Source: Narcine bancroftii (lineage: Eukaryota). Taken from it: a stretch of 64,000 bases of DNA. The notes beneath the pieces are model-generated. The model searched no databases. It worked only from the letters and a program-made list of their open reading frames with translations, and was not told where the DNA came from. The stretch covers positions 63,736,001 through 63,800,000 of the forward strand of contig NC_091472.1 in NCBI RefSeq assembly GCF_036971445.1, written 5' to 3'. Each line of letters starts with the position of its first letter. Positions within the stretch are counted from its first letter, which is position 1. Position numbers and translations under genes: made by a program. Positions 24,542-37,550 of the stretch are shown piece after piece.

Positions 24542-25866
24542 AAAAATACAGCTTTCCTTAATGAAAATTTTAAGTAGTTTGATCATTATTGACACCATTA
24601 TTATATCTACAGAGAAACTTTTTACACTGCTTGAAATCTCATAATTGCAATTTAACCAGTCTCGGTGTCAGAGGCCAGCTGTTGCACAGCCACATGCACC
24701 TGCATATGTAGTAATTATATCATTGTAATTTACAACTCTTCTAATAATCCTGTACTATTAGTACAAGATAAACATTCTATCTTAGATGGTGTCTCTCTCA
24801 GGTTTAATGCCACATTACAGATGTATTTAGTCTTTAAGCTATGCATATTGCCATATCACATTATCTGCACTTGTATTAATCAACTGGTGTTAGGTGCTAG
24901 CTTCAACTTCATATAAGTTTGTGAATTTGAAATCATTTTGAAAAAGTATAAATCTATAGGAATAGCTAGTATTACTGACAGCAACCATGAAGCTATCAAA
25001 GATGCTGTACTATTGGCTAACTAATGTCCTTCAGAAAAAGATGGTGCCCTTCGCTGCTCTAGGTTTGTCACTTAAAACCTTCAGATCCTTGCCTCTTAAT
25101 TGCCCTCCAAAATGGCCTAACAAACCACTGTGCTGAACTGCTTCAGATAAATAAAACAAGAACCCAACCAAAGCATGCACTATTCCTTGAGCTGAGCATT
25201 GAATTTGGATTTGACTAATCATACCTAGCCCTCTCAACCCTGCAGAGTTTACTTTGAATAATATCTTGCTATGTGCCACTGATATTTGATTTGAATATAT
25301 ACTGGCATAATGGTACCGTGGGCGGCTTTCACCACAGTCAGCCCAACACCTGGTTCTCAAAGCCAAGTGCAGATGCACAACGTGTGGCTCATGATACCCA
25401 CATCCTTTGAATGAATGAATTTTAAAATATCAAACTCAATGTGGCAATTTTAAATTCATTCATTCAGAACTTGTGTGTGGCTTACAAGAATACATTCATC
25501 ATTCACCCCTACGTGGAGCCTACTTCCAGTCTTTCTAGCAAGAGAGAGCAAATGCATATGTATTAGGTGAAGATAGAAGCAAGCTCAAATGTAATGCCTT
25601 TGTGAAGAACAATCCAATTATACTATACACATTCATAATCTATCACTTTGGATGCCTATTTGAATATGGCAACACTTGTAGGTGTGAACCCTAGAATGAA
25701 TTTGTGTCTTCAAAGGAGAGAGAAAATAATATATTTCTCTAAAGACAGACAAGATTAATAGGAGATTTTCAGTGTGGGGGGAACAGGGATTTCTGGGCTA
25801 CTGCTTATTGGATCCAAGATATTACAAATGAAAATTATAAGTAATTTATCTTTGTAATTTGGTCGG

Positions 25867-26093
25867 AAGATATTAAGATGTAGGAGCATTTGAGGCCATT
25901 TGGCCTCTAGTCTGCTCCACCATTTGAATCATGGCCAACATATTTTTCCTTTCAACCTCATTCTCCTGCCTTCTTGTAACCCTTGACATCCTTCTGCATC
26001 AAGAACCTATCAATGTCCACTCTAAATATACCCAATGACTAGGCCTCCTTAATCTTCAGTGGCAATAAATTCCACTGATTCACCAGCTTCTTT
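25867..26093 (-). mobile_element. CR1 LINE 3' fragment (older subfamily)
   Basis: taggagca...ggccatttggcc...ctgctccacc...cattctcctgccttc matches the reverse complement of a CR1 3' UTR. Confidence 0.75.
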
Positions 26094-26650
26094 GGGAAAC
26101 ACTTGAGCCAACTCAGTGCTCCAACAATTTAACACAGCAATACTTTTCTGTCTCTAGCTATACTACTCTGGAGCCATTATCAATGTGAGCCTTACCCACC
26201 CTGTGATCTACAGCACATTTAAATATAAGCCTTGTTTTCTATGCGTAACATTTTTTATGTAGCCAGTAGGATAGAAGTACAGAAGAAATCAAAACCTTAC
26301 TGCTTCACAGGGAAGTGGTGGGGGGATACCCAAAATAAAGGTTGAGGGTAGCTGCTCAAGAGCATGTGATCGCCTTGTAAACAGATGCCACTGGATATCA
26401 GAGAACTCCATCACCTTTTATATTACATGTTATTTCTAGTCAAAACAAGTGGACAACAATAAGAAGAATCCCTGGTTGTTCAACCTAAGTCAAGGGTTAA
26501 CCCTATTTGTCAGTTATGGTAAATTAGAATTTCTACTGATTGCACTGTGATTTATTGTTTTTCTTTCAGTATTTCTGTTAACTAGATTTCTTTCTGAATA
26601 AGCAACTTATGAGTTTCAGTTTTGGAGCAAATTGACAATACTGTAACTAC

Positions 26651-27265
26651 TGTTAAGAGCCCAAAGGAGCCCAAAACCCAGCAGCAATAGACATTCACCA
26701 AGACAAGTAGCTACTTAAACAAAAGTTGTTTTTAATTATCTTTAAACATGAAAACAGAATCAAACTTTACCTTATCTCTTTTAACTTAACTAAACCCAAC
26801 TTAATCCCCTTCTAATTCTAAGTGCATGTGTATGTAATGTGTGTGTAAATTTAAGAAAAGTTCTTTGGTTCACAGTTCAATCTCACTTCTCATTCTTCCA
26901 AGTTCTCTGGTTAGGGGAAATTCTCATACTGTGCACAGAATTTAACATGTATAAAGTTCACCAGGCTTTGGTGTTCGAAAGGTAAATGTTTACCACTCAG
27001 GAAGGTTCTCGTAGGGTTTGCTGAGAGAGATTTGTTGTTCCAGGATTTCCACAACTGAGGTACCACCATTAGTCACCTCAATGTCTTGCTGTTGAAACTT
27101 GCCCCATCAGATTTCTACAGATGATAACCTCTTTCTTTCAGGATAACACAGAATTCCTTTCTGTTTCGCTTATTCCAAGAGAAACATCAGACAGATAGCA
27201 TTTCCAGCCATCTGTTGTCGCTCTAGAGTTTGCTTCAGTTCCAACCAGCTTCTCCTGCTTGTTTC

Positions 27266-27310
<45 letters not shown>

Positions 27311-27665
27311 AGTCCATGTGACTCTCTCACTTCCATTCTGACCTTCTCCAGCAAACAATAGGAGTTAGTCTTCTTGGTCAAGCTGTTGTCTTTAGGTAAA
27401 CAAAAACACAGAAGTGACCTTTCTGTGCACTCTGTCAAAATCCTTACAAAGAGCTTTTAACAGCCAGACTGTCTCCTCCTTGTTGCTTTAATTATGTCAT
27501 TTCAATGACCACCTACTTGTGAAATGTGCACAGCATTCTCCATAGTTTCTGTAAATTCACTGAATATGAATTCTTCATTATTTCAAGTAAGATCTGTATT
27601 GAAGTGTGTGCATGTATGTAACCTACTCTAATTTTACCAATTTATCTCCCAAATATTCCATTACG
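26651..27665 (-). mobile_element. Solo LTR (1015 bp) related to Gypsy 2, with 4-bp TSD
   Basis: Colinear with 17115-17700 (ccagcagcaataga...aaagttctttgg...gaaacttgcccc); TSD ctac at 26647-26650 and 27666-27669. Confidence 0.9.
27268..27308. repeat. (CT)n microsatellite inside the solo LTR
   Basis: About 20 CT units; a shorter homologous tract lies at 17651-17676. Confidence 0.95.
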
Positions 27666-28361
27666 CTACTATATGCAGGAATTTCAAGGAGACCATACCA
27701 GCTAAAGTCTAATCACTTGTTAATATTACCATTCATAAATTCTTGGCAATGATTTGGTGGAAGCAAAAAGAAAGCTTGTTTTATTGGAAAACTAGCTCCC
27801 TCAATTGCTTGTAACATCTCACAATATTTCAATTCCTCAAAAATTGGCTGATTTGGAATTAAATTTTAACTATAATTAAATTGATTTAGTCACCTTCATC
27901 CTTGAATTAAAATCTTATTTTAAGAGCAATTCAATACAGGCATACAGCACAAAACAAACATGTTGCATAGTGAATTACTTTAATTATCATTCAATAAACA
28001 AATAAATGATGGGCTCCACTTTCATCTTCAACGTCTGGGCAGCAATCAGGTGGAACAGATCCCCAACCCTTCATGTAATTTACATGATCTTTATTCTTCT
28101 GCTCTCATTATTATTATTTCTGAATAATAAGAAAGGATCATTCAAAATCAAAGACAATCTATTTTTCATACTATTGTGTAGACAATGAGGACAAAACTTC
28201 CCTGTATCACAAACTGCACTTCAAGTGCTTCAAAGAACATGAGCCATAAGCATGTTCCATTATCACATATAGAAAAGAGAAATATAATATGCCCCTGGCC
28301 CCATTGCAAGTCATTTTGAGGAAATACAAATTCAATTTCTTGTTCCTATTTCAAGTGTTGT

Positions 28362-29118
28362 CTTCTTTTCTTTGGCTTGGCTTCGCGGACGAAGATTTAT
28401 GGAGGGGTATGTCCACGTCTACTCAGGCTCGTTGGTGACTGACAAGTCCGATGCGGGACAGGCAGGCACAGTTGCAGCGTTTGCAAGGGAAAATTGGTGG
28501 GTTGGGGTTGGGTGTTGGGTTTTTCCTCCTTTGTCTTTTGTCAATGAGGTGGGCTCTGTGGTCTTTTTCAAAGGAGGTTGCTGCCCGCCAAACTGTGAGG
28601 CGCCACAATGCATGGTTGGAGGCGATATCAGCCCACTGGCGGTGGTCAATGTGGCAGGCACCAAGAGATTTCTTTAAGCAGTCCTTGTACCTCTTCTTTG
28701 GTGCACCTCTGTCTCGGTGGCCAGTGGAGAGCTCGCCATTGAACACGATCTTGGGAAGGCGATGGTCCTCCATTCTGGAGACGTGACCCACCCTGCGCAG
28801 TTGGAACTGCTGCCGTCAGGGGGGGCCCGAGGTCCTGCCTGGGTCCGCCTGAGGTAACGGCCGCATCGCGGGGAGAGACAGCCAGCTGAGACCGGGCCTG
28901 CCCGCACCGCTGCCCGAGCACCGAACACAGGCCGCCGTCGCCAGGCAAACCCCTGCAGCCCACACAGCCTGACCGTTGGCAGCCAAGCCCCGGGCCGGGA
29001 GTGGTCAGTGAAAACTGTTTAGTGTATTTCAGAGGTTAATACACACCTCAAAAACCAATACTCTAAACACTAACAACTGTGAACTCCATTGCAGAGATCT
29101 CTCCAGTCTTAAAAATTT
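28362..29118 (-). mobile_element. Chimeric retroposed insertion: RTE 3' end (28362-28805) plus an unrelated 313-bp segment (28806-29118)
   Basis: GHVSRMEDHRLPKI...CLSRIGLVSH; a 13-bp TSD tttcaagtgttgt at 28349-28361 and 29119-29131 encloses both parts. Confidence 0.88.
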
Positions 29119-30599
29119 TTTCAAGTGTTGTAGCTTATGTAGTATTTGCATACATGCACAGAGTAGTTTAGGATGGAAGATGTGACATGTCTCTTACAGT
29201 GAATGGATGATGTCACCATTTTTCATCATTATCAACAATAACCTCTAGCCTTATGTCTTGTGTTATGTATTATGTAATGATACAAATTTCATTGGTTGCT
29301 GGTGTGGCTTAAAGTATGCCAAAATAATTTCTGTTCATTTCTAGTTGCATGTTTGAACTTCCTGAATGTTTCACAAAAATATATTCAAATAAAATGAACA
29401 CCAAGTCAAAGGCTTCTCCTGTTTGCAAAACTCCTAATAGTGCTGGAAAGACAAGGGTCTTTGGAGTGAATTGCAAAGCATGATAATAAATTTCAAAATG
29501 TATATCCAAAAAAGAAACAAATATTAACATCATCAAAGCCATGAATGGAAGAATGGAGAGATCCAATAGGTTTTTAGGCCTGGAGGAGGTTAGAAAATAA
29601 TTTGTGGCAAATCAAAATAGGGAGCCAAAATCAGCAAAGCAGGATTGGATGATGAGTGAATGGGACAATGCAAAATAAGGAATTGGCAGGTGAACACAAA
29701 ATTGGCCAAGATATTGAAAATGGTCAGTCTTGGAGATGAGAAACACATGGAAGAAACTTTCAATTACTCGGAGATTGAACTAAAATAAGACTGATATAGG
29801 TAATATTACAAAGATGGATCAAGGTTGTCATTTTGGGATAAGATCTACATTAGTTGCTCAAAGTTAAATAGGATAGGATATGAGCATCCTTCCCTGCTTG
29901 TCACAATCTAATGAGAATTTTCCTTCCTCTCAAAACACAAAATAATTTACTAATGTCCAACTACTGGATCTAGATTTGCATAAGGAATTGAGTAAAAGAT
30001 ATAACAATGTTAATTAATTTACTCAAGTATTCAATGCAAGACATAGGCATCTTTCTGTCTATGGATTTTGTAACTTGAAGTATTTGGAACAGACACTGAA
30101 ATGACCCATATAGTCGCAGAGGCAAAATAGCTAGCCTGAACTTTTTTATTTATTACACCAATACAAGCTTTTCTGATAGTTCAGACAAAATCACGCTAGT
30201 TCATATTTGATATAGAAAATATTCTGATGAGTTTTAAATGTAATATACTAGAGTAAATTTTTCAAGTACATCTTCCTTTTGCAGATCCTTGATCAGCAGG
30301 ACAGAATTTCTAGTCATTACTGGTTCATTAAAATTATTGAATGGAAAATCTTACAACGTGTGTTCAAAACTTCCCAATTAATAACACTTTATACAACAAC
30401 AATGTACATTGTAAATTTAATTCTTATTTGGTTTAGTTCCAAAATAACAATCGAAATACACTTGGTAGCACGTTTCTAAAAAGGTTAGCACATGCTGGCC
30501 CCTGAAAATAAAATTGGTCAGAGGGACCAGAGAAAGCAAACAGTTTTCTCCTGACATTGGAGGAATATAAAGGTTACAGGAAAGAGCACAAGCAGGATT

Positions 30600-31870
30600 A
30601 AAGATAGGCCAAAAGTGGTCATAATTACAAACAATTGGATGGCTCAGGAGGAGAAGACTACTCAAGGACAATGGAGAAAATGTATGGTGGGAGTTTGAGA
30701 AAGTGAGAAAGATTCCAAATGAATGTTTTGTTTCAGTATTCACCAAGGAGAAAGATAAGAGGGATTAGTGAAAGGGATCGTAATCTAGAGAATGCTCATA
30801 TGTTGGGGTATTTTGAGATCAAGAAAACTGGTGCTTGAAGATAGTAGATATCTTAAGTTATTGAAAGAGGCATATTCATTGATGGAGCTTTGATGAAGAT
30901 CTTTATATCCTCACTAACAACACGCAAGGACCCAGAGGACTGGAGAGTAATTAGTTCAGAAGTCTATCATTAGTTCCTTTTGGGAGATATTGGAAATGTG
31001 AATTTTTGACTGTCCAAATATCAATTTCAGTTTGAGAAGGTCACCTTGGTAGTAGCCAGTAAATGTATAACGGTTATGTGGAATTCTGTCTCCAAATTAA
31101 AGACCACATGATGGGAATAATGGAAATGCAATTTTGCATTTCCTTGGAGAAAATCACTGACAATATAAGGGGGAAACATGACACATTTGTTTAAGTGTGG
31201 CAGCCATATCTGAAATACATGGGCATGGAGATTGACTAGTTTCCCTTGTGAAATATGGATATTATTAAAACCTGACCTAGTTGGCACAGGTGGTGTGTTT
31301 TCCTTTTAGGCCCTTTTTTTGTTTTTTTTCAGTTTTTTTTTATTTCTTACTTGGGTTATTTAGTTAATTAGGTTGTTTTTTTTTAGGTCTGAAGTGGGGT
31401 TCTGAACCCCACTTATATTTGTATAATGTATAATCAGTATGATTATGTGTTTGTGGGCAAGTGGGGAGGGGGGAGAAAACATAGCATCTGAACATTCCAT
31501 GAATGTTGAAAAAAGATTGTATTGATTGTTGAAATTACTTTTGAGTCTATAAAAAATCAAAATAAAATATTCAAATAAAAACATTAGTTATAGATATGGA
31601 CAGAGAAGTAGCAGATGGAGTTTGATCTGGACAAGGGTGATTTTTTTTACATGGAAAATGATAGGTGACTATAAGGATCTGCCAGATGTAGTGGAGAAAG
31701 AAAATGCAAAAGTAGCATTTTGGAGGCATCCAGATGGACATATGAATATGCAAGGAATAGAGGGAATATATATCATAAGTAAGCAGTAGAATATTAGTTT
31801 AATTTGACCACCATAATTGGCACATACATATGGACCAAAGGGCCTATTCTCATCCTGTACTGTTGTGTTT
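30600..31870 (+). mobile_element. Old fragmented CR1 LINE, interrupted by an L1 3' end
   Basis: NECFVSVFTKE and PEDWRV blocks; cagatggagtttga; CR1-like 3' end gaccaaagggcctattctc...ctgtactgtt. Confidence 0.65.
30990..31582 (+). mobile_element. L1 3' fragment
   Basis: VASKCITVMW and LEKIT blocks like the ends of L1 B and C; G tract; AATAAA and A-tail. Confidence 0.7.
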
Positions 31871-32419
31871 TAAAAGATTTAAAACTATGCCAATAACATT
31901 AATTGAGAATTTCTGAAAATTTGGTCATTTATCCTTTTCATCTTTCTTCCAAACAAATTTCATAACTTACTCAATACTCTGTATGGTGTTATGTCCTTAA
32001 ATTAGAAACTTCAAAATGTTCAATCCACCATAGGTCTATTTTTTAACTAAAAAAACAGATTTCTATCAAGAGGGAAGAGCCAACAGTAACAATTGGCAGT
32101 ATTTCAAAGACATTGTTACAAAGTTTTTGTGCTCTTTTTGTTTTTGTTTAAAATTCCTGGCACATGCTACATAAAAAAATGTTTCCTGCATGTTCATTGC
32201 ATACAAATGGATGCAAGTTGGATGATTAGCAATCAATTCCAAACAATGATTTGCCTCAATTTTAATTCCTATAAATCACTTTCAATCAGAGAAGAAAAAA
32301 AAGTGCCTTGAAGATGTACAATATTCCAATGGATCTCAGAAAAAAAGTTTATCTAAAAGACAGCACCCATCAAAAGACCTGGAGATGTTTCAGAGTAAGT
32401 TAAAAACATGGTGTAATTA

Positions 32420-33270
32420 GTAAACAATGTAATGATGGTCCTATCCACACACTTCTAAGATAAACCAAACAAGTCAAGCTCATTTGGACTCATTAATCAA
32501 ATTTATTTTAAGTGGCCCTCATTTAAAAGTATTATGCAGTTTTTTGTTGATTAGTTGAATAAATTGAGTAGAGAGGGATTTTGTTGTCCATGTCAAAAGG
32601 GCCAGAGATATCAAATGGGTTAATGTATGAAGCCCCCAGTCATAATGAAACCTACTTAGAAGTTCTAGGGTATCCAAATGAGAATGAAAACAGGCTCTGT
32701 AATACGGATGCTCACAACTATTTTGACCTTGGGTTCTTAAAAGTATATTGCACAAATATAAATTGGAAATATGATGCCTTGGATTGAGGATTGGGGCCAG
32801 GAGAGTCCATTTCTAAAGTCTGGTAAAGAATGCTGATAGGAATACAAGGGATTCAAACCTCAGGCAAAATTACTGGATCAGAAGACTAAGGAAATGGGAC
32901 CAATTAAATAGAATGGGGCAGGGAATTAGAACAATTGGAGGAGATCTCAGGCATGGGTGTTGCAGGGTCTGGACCCACACTTCAGATCACTAGGACAATC
33001 AGGAGGTCATGGCCATTAGAGAATCCAAGGGGGTGTTGTTTATAGTTGAGACTCTGTCTATCAGATTATTGGGAATAGAGGAAGGGGGTTAAAGCGATTG
33101 ACAGGTCAGTTGATACCATGCAAGGGTGATACATAATGTATGGAACCTGGAATCTCAATCCATTACCTTGTCAAGAAAATCAGGTCGTTCTGAGGGCAAA
33201 TATAGTTGTTCACAGGTCAATTTGATTAAGTTTCAAAGGTCCAAAGAGAACACATAGATAAGGTAGTTTT
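32420..33270 (-). mobile_element. Old L1-type ORF2 C-terminal fragment
   Basis: Scattered minus-strand similarity to the L1 ORF2 C-terminus (…ISLALLTW…); heavily decayed. Confidence 0.4.
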
Positions 33271-36200
33271 TCTAAGTACAATTGAGATGGAAAATCACAT
33301 CAGATGTACAAGGATGAAACACTCCAGGAAGCATGGAGATGAATTTGCAAAATAATATGAAAATATTGTTATTGCATTTCACTCAGTAAAATCAATTTAA
33401 ATAAGAAAAATTAAGGAAAAAATATTTTTTTTCCAGTGATTCAGATGGGCAGTGCCTTGAGATGAGAATTTCAGTTATGCAACCATGGAGAGATTGGCAC
33501 AGTTCAGGGAGGTTTGAGTTATTTTACGATGTTTGCAGATGAAAAAAAGTGGACAGCAGTCAATAACATTTGAAGAGGGTCTAATTTGATAGAAATAGAG
33601 AACTGAACATCAAAGTTTGGAGGGCACACAAAATAAAGAACTCATGGTTAATAGACAAATGAAGGAAGTTTTAAACAGAATACAGAGTATATAAGTGAAG
33701 AAAGCAATAGTAGATGGAGTTCAATGTATTTAAAGTGAATTTGTTTCTATATTATTTATTGAAATTCAATATAATTTAAACGATTAAGTTCTTCCCATTG
33801 ACTTCTGATTATATCAAAGGTATCATTTTAACTCCAAATACAGATTTTTAAAATTCCTTTGGGAAATGCAATGAACAATAAAGATTGGCAGTGGTTTATT
33901 TTGTTTGAAAACAAAAAAATATGTACAATTGAAACTTTGATCTCCCATGAGGTGTTTTTTTAAATCATTTTGAAAAATATTAAACTATACAATTTGTCCT
34001 GATTGTTAATCCTGGAGCCTAAGGCATGAATTTCAGTTCAGAATGCAAATTGTTTAATTTGTGGGAGGAGTTGCATTGAAATAGTTCTTGACAGTTGAAA
34101 TTAGGATATGGATGGAGTCAAGAAAAAGGCTGACGGACACAAGTGAAATGTGGAATACACGATGACTTAACAAGTGGTATGGTCAGTTTGCATCTCAGAC
34201 TGCATTCCCTTACCAAATCTGCCAACTCAAGTCACCTCAACACCAGACCTCACAAGTTATCGCATCAGTAAACCCATTTCCAGCATATCCAATCTTTCTT
34301 ACCAAATCAACCTTATTTATAAAATGGGCCTCACCCAGTACAAAAATCTTTCACTGTACACTGATCCTCAGTGAACCATCTCACCATCCAATATAATCTA
34401 CTTCTTCCATCACCTGGCACTCAAGATCTATATTTGGAGGGAACAACGTGGCTCATATTTTTCCTTCCCCAGTTTGAAATAGATCAATCAATTATAAAAT
34501 CCCACTCCTTGTCTTGCCAATATCAAGTAATGGGACAGGTGAACTGCATTCAAAGTGTCTTTCACTGCCTCATCACGCTGAAAATTACAAGTTCATGAAA
34601 CAAATTACAAAAATGTCCCTTGAAAATATTTCCATAATTATAACTATTTTAAGGACAAGGAAAGATTTTTGTGAAGTGTAATCAGGGTTTGAAAGTTCTC
34701 GGTGTTATCAGTTGGGCAATCAGTTAATTTGTGAAACTTTCTGAACTTGGTTGGTCTTCAAAATGAAAAAAATAGAGGAATCTTGTTTTGATCTTGATTA
34801 CACAAGTCACATAATCCTTTGGGTGAAGAATGAATTCAGCAAGGTTGCAAGGTATGCCATCACAGATATTTTGAGAAACAATTCACCAAGGAAAGTAACA
34901 TGTGCACACCCCATCTTTGATACAAGCTATTTACTAAACATAGGGGAATGTTTGTAAACTTAAACTTAAATCTACAATGTGGAAGAAGAGTTACATACAA
35001 TAGACCTGAGAGAATAGATCAGCTAAAATCTCACTGAATATTAAAGCTAATATTGAGACTCATGTACAATAAAATCAATTCTGAAATATTGGTGCTCTTT
35101 ATGACCTGATATTAATAGGAGTGATTGTTCATTTGTGCCATTAAAGGAGTAGGTTTTGATTCCCAGCAGACTCCCTCGTTATAATCAGGATATGTCAGGC
35201 CTTAAAATTTTGACACTCTCTTGCTCTGGGGTACACCAAAAAACCCTAACCTGGGCATATTAGGTCCCAATCTTCCCTAAAGTTACAAAGCCTCCAGCCA
35301 TTACTTCTCATTGTCTGCAGTCTTTTTAAGAAAAATATGTAGGTAAAGGTACCCAAACAATGAATTTTAGAGGGCTAAATCCAAATCTGTATCTGACATG
35401 GTCATGAGGATCGTGATATTGATTCCACTGTACCAATTGAATATATTACTTCTCATGTTAATGATTTTGGCCTGCTATTATCCAAAAGAGGTTAATGATT
35501 ATGATAAATTTCTTTTGGCTAACTTTGGTGGGTTTACCTGATGTGAAATCTTGCAGGACACAGATTATAACCTCATTTATTACACACAAAGTATGTGTGC
35601 ACTCATCACTCATATTTTTGTCACTTCAGATAGTAATATACATATCTGATTGCATAACAAGTTGTGAACATGGAACTGGGATTGGGATAGGAAGCGAAAA
35701 GAACAGAGGTGCTAGCTTTGCACACAAATTCAGTGCTGGAAGACTCACATATGGACTTTGGTAGGGAAGCCTACAAAAGGTAACTGATGAGTAGAACTGC
35801 TAAATGCTCAACACATTGGAATTTTGCTGGAAAATTCCATTTTAAAGTTTAGTAATGTGGGGAAATATAGCACTAATATATTAACTCTTGAATAATTTCC
35901 ATTGTACTGAGCTTGGAGAATATTGTTTCTAGCAAAAAACTGATGTGATGTACATAATAGGAAATTAAATTGAGACTTCTATGGAAAACAGTTGCCAAAG
36001 GCTTTTCTTCCTCAGTTCTATCAACATCAACTCAGAAAGGAAATGAATCATTTGTGAAGGAGAGGGCGTAGTGAGAGAAAGGAGTATACAGTTGGATGGA
36101 ACTTTATTTGGGCAGGGAAAATTGGAGATCAGGATTTTGGCAGTTGCATCAGGTCAATTTAGGGATTGGGGTGGTGCAAAGTTTCAGTAAGATGAGAATT

Positions 36201-36446
36201 AATGGAAAACGGTGTGAAAAGAAACAAAGGCTAAAATTATGGTGCATGATCTGTCAATGCCCAGAGGCAGTTATGCTGAATGACATCTGTAGTGAAGGTT
36301 GTAAAGGGATATGACAAATATTAGAGTGGGGTATATGAGATTTAGTCTTCAAGAAAATCCATGCATGAAATCTGTAAAACAGGCCCCTTTATGTCATGCC
36401 TACCTAATGAAAGTCTGTCCAGAAGAGACTTCAAAATATCTGTTCC

Positions 36447-36650
36447 ATATAACATATAACCATATAACAATTACAGTATGGAAACAGGCCATAATCGGCC
36501 CTTCTAGTCCGCAGCGATTTAAGTGAACAGTCTGCAAAATCATCGAGGACCCCCTTCCACCCAAGCACACAGCATCTTTCTTCTATCCCGTCGGGAAAGA
36601 GATCCAGGAGGATCAGAGCCGGCACCACCAGGCTGAGGAACACCTTCTCC
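36447..36650. mobile_element. CR1 3' tail (-, 36447-36512) joined to a Rex-type 3' fragment (+, 36520-36650)
   Basis: cataacatataaccatataac...ggaaacaggcc tail; IIEDPFHP...PSGKRSRRIRAGTTRLRNTF. Confidence 0.7.
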
Positions 36651-37550
36651 AACAACTCCCTCTACATTGTCTGTACCCCATGGCCATGAAGTACAATGCT
36701 GATTTTTTAACAGTGCTCACCGAATGGGAACATTGTGAGGATGGCTGGTGTTGAATTGTTCCACACCAGACCTGGCAGTCCCTCCTTTTCTCCCTCTTGT
36801 TAAATGTAATTGGTCCTTCAGCCAGAAGGTCCAGCAAAATATTGCTTTACTTCATGTGAACAATTCCCAAATGAAATATTCATTTGCTCAGAGCAATGAC
36901 AAGGCAGTAATTTGATCAATAGATTTGGATGAGTGAATAATCCAAATGGGTGAAACTCCAATAGCTTCTAACCACAGATAATACGTGAATGTCAAATCCA
37001 CGCTGGGTTCTTTAAATGTTTAAATTTTAGTCATTCAGTATGGTAACAGGCCCTTTCAGCCCATGCCACTCAATTACATCCAATTCTATGTTGTTTGACT
37101 TCAGTGGACGTGTCCGGATACCTCCATTCCTCGAGCAATACATGTTTTGATTTCTTTGCTCAAAGCACATCAATAAACAGAATAAAAGTCATTTACTCTT
37201 AGGAGAATGCAGGACTACGGTGAAAAATTTCCAAGAGGAAAACTTAAAAATCGATAAATGATTATCCAGAAAATATTTGATGAACTGTGGAACAAAAGGT
37301 TTATCGTAAAATTTTAAGTGTTTGTTATGAAGTGATAGAACGTCAGTGGATTATGTGATGGACAGAAACCCAAGGATGGATGTTACAGTATATTGTAGAA
37401 GACAACAAAGGCTAAAATTATGGTGCATGATCTGTCAAATTAAATAGTGCCAAATCCATTTTTAATCTTAATATATTTATTTGATTTGGTCAAAAGATTA
37501 AACATTGGGCTTGACTAAAATTGTACAACAATACTTAATTCAAAAAATGA

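Noticed and set aside
23988-24577. ORF-track proteins 23988..24350 (+), 24143..24481 (-) and 24347..24577 (+)
   Set aside because: They are alternative frames or the antisense of the CIMIP6 exon and UTR; the homologous frame begins at the 24064 acceptor.
37090-37400. Possible DNA-transposon transposase fragment
   Set aside because: No catalytic motif or terminal inverted repeats could be identified; left unassigned.
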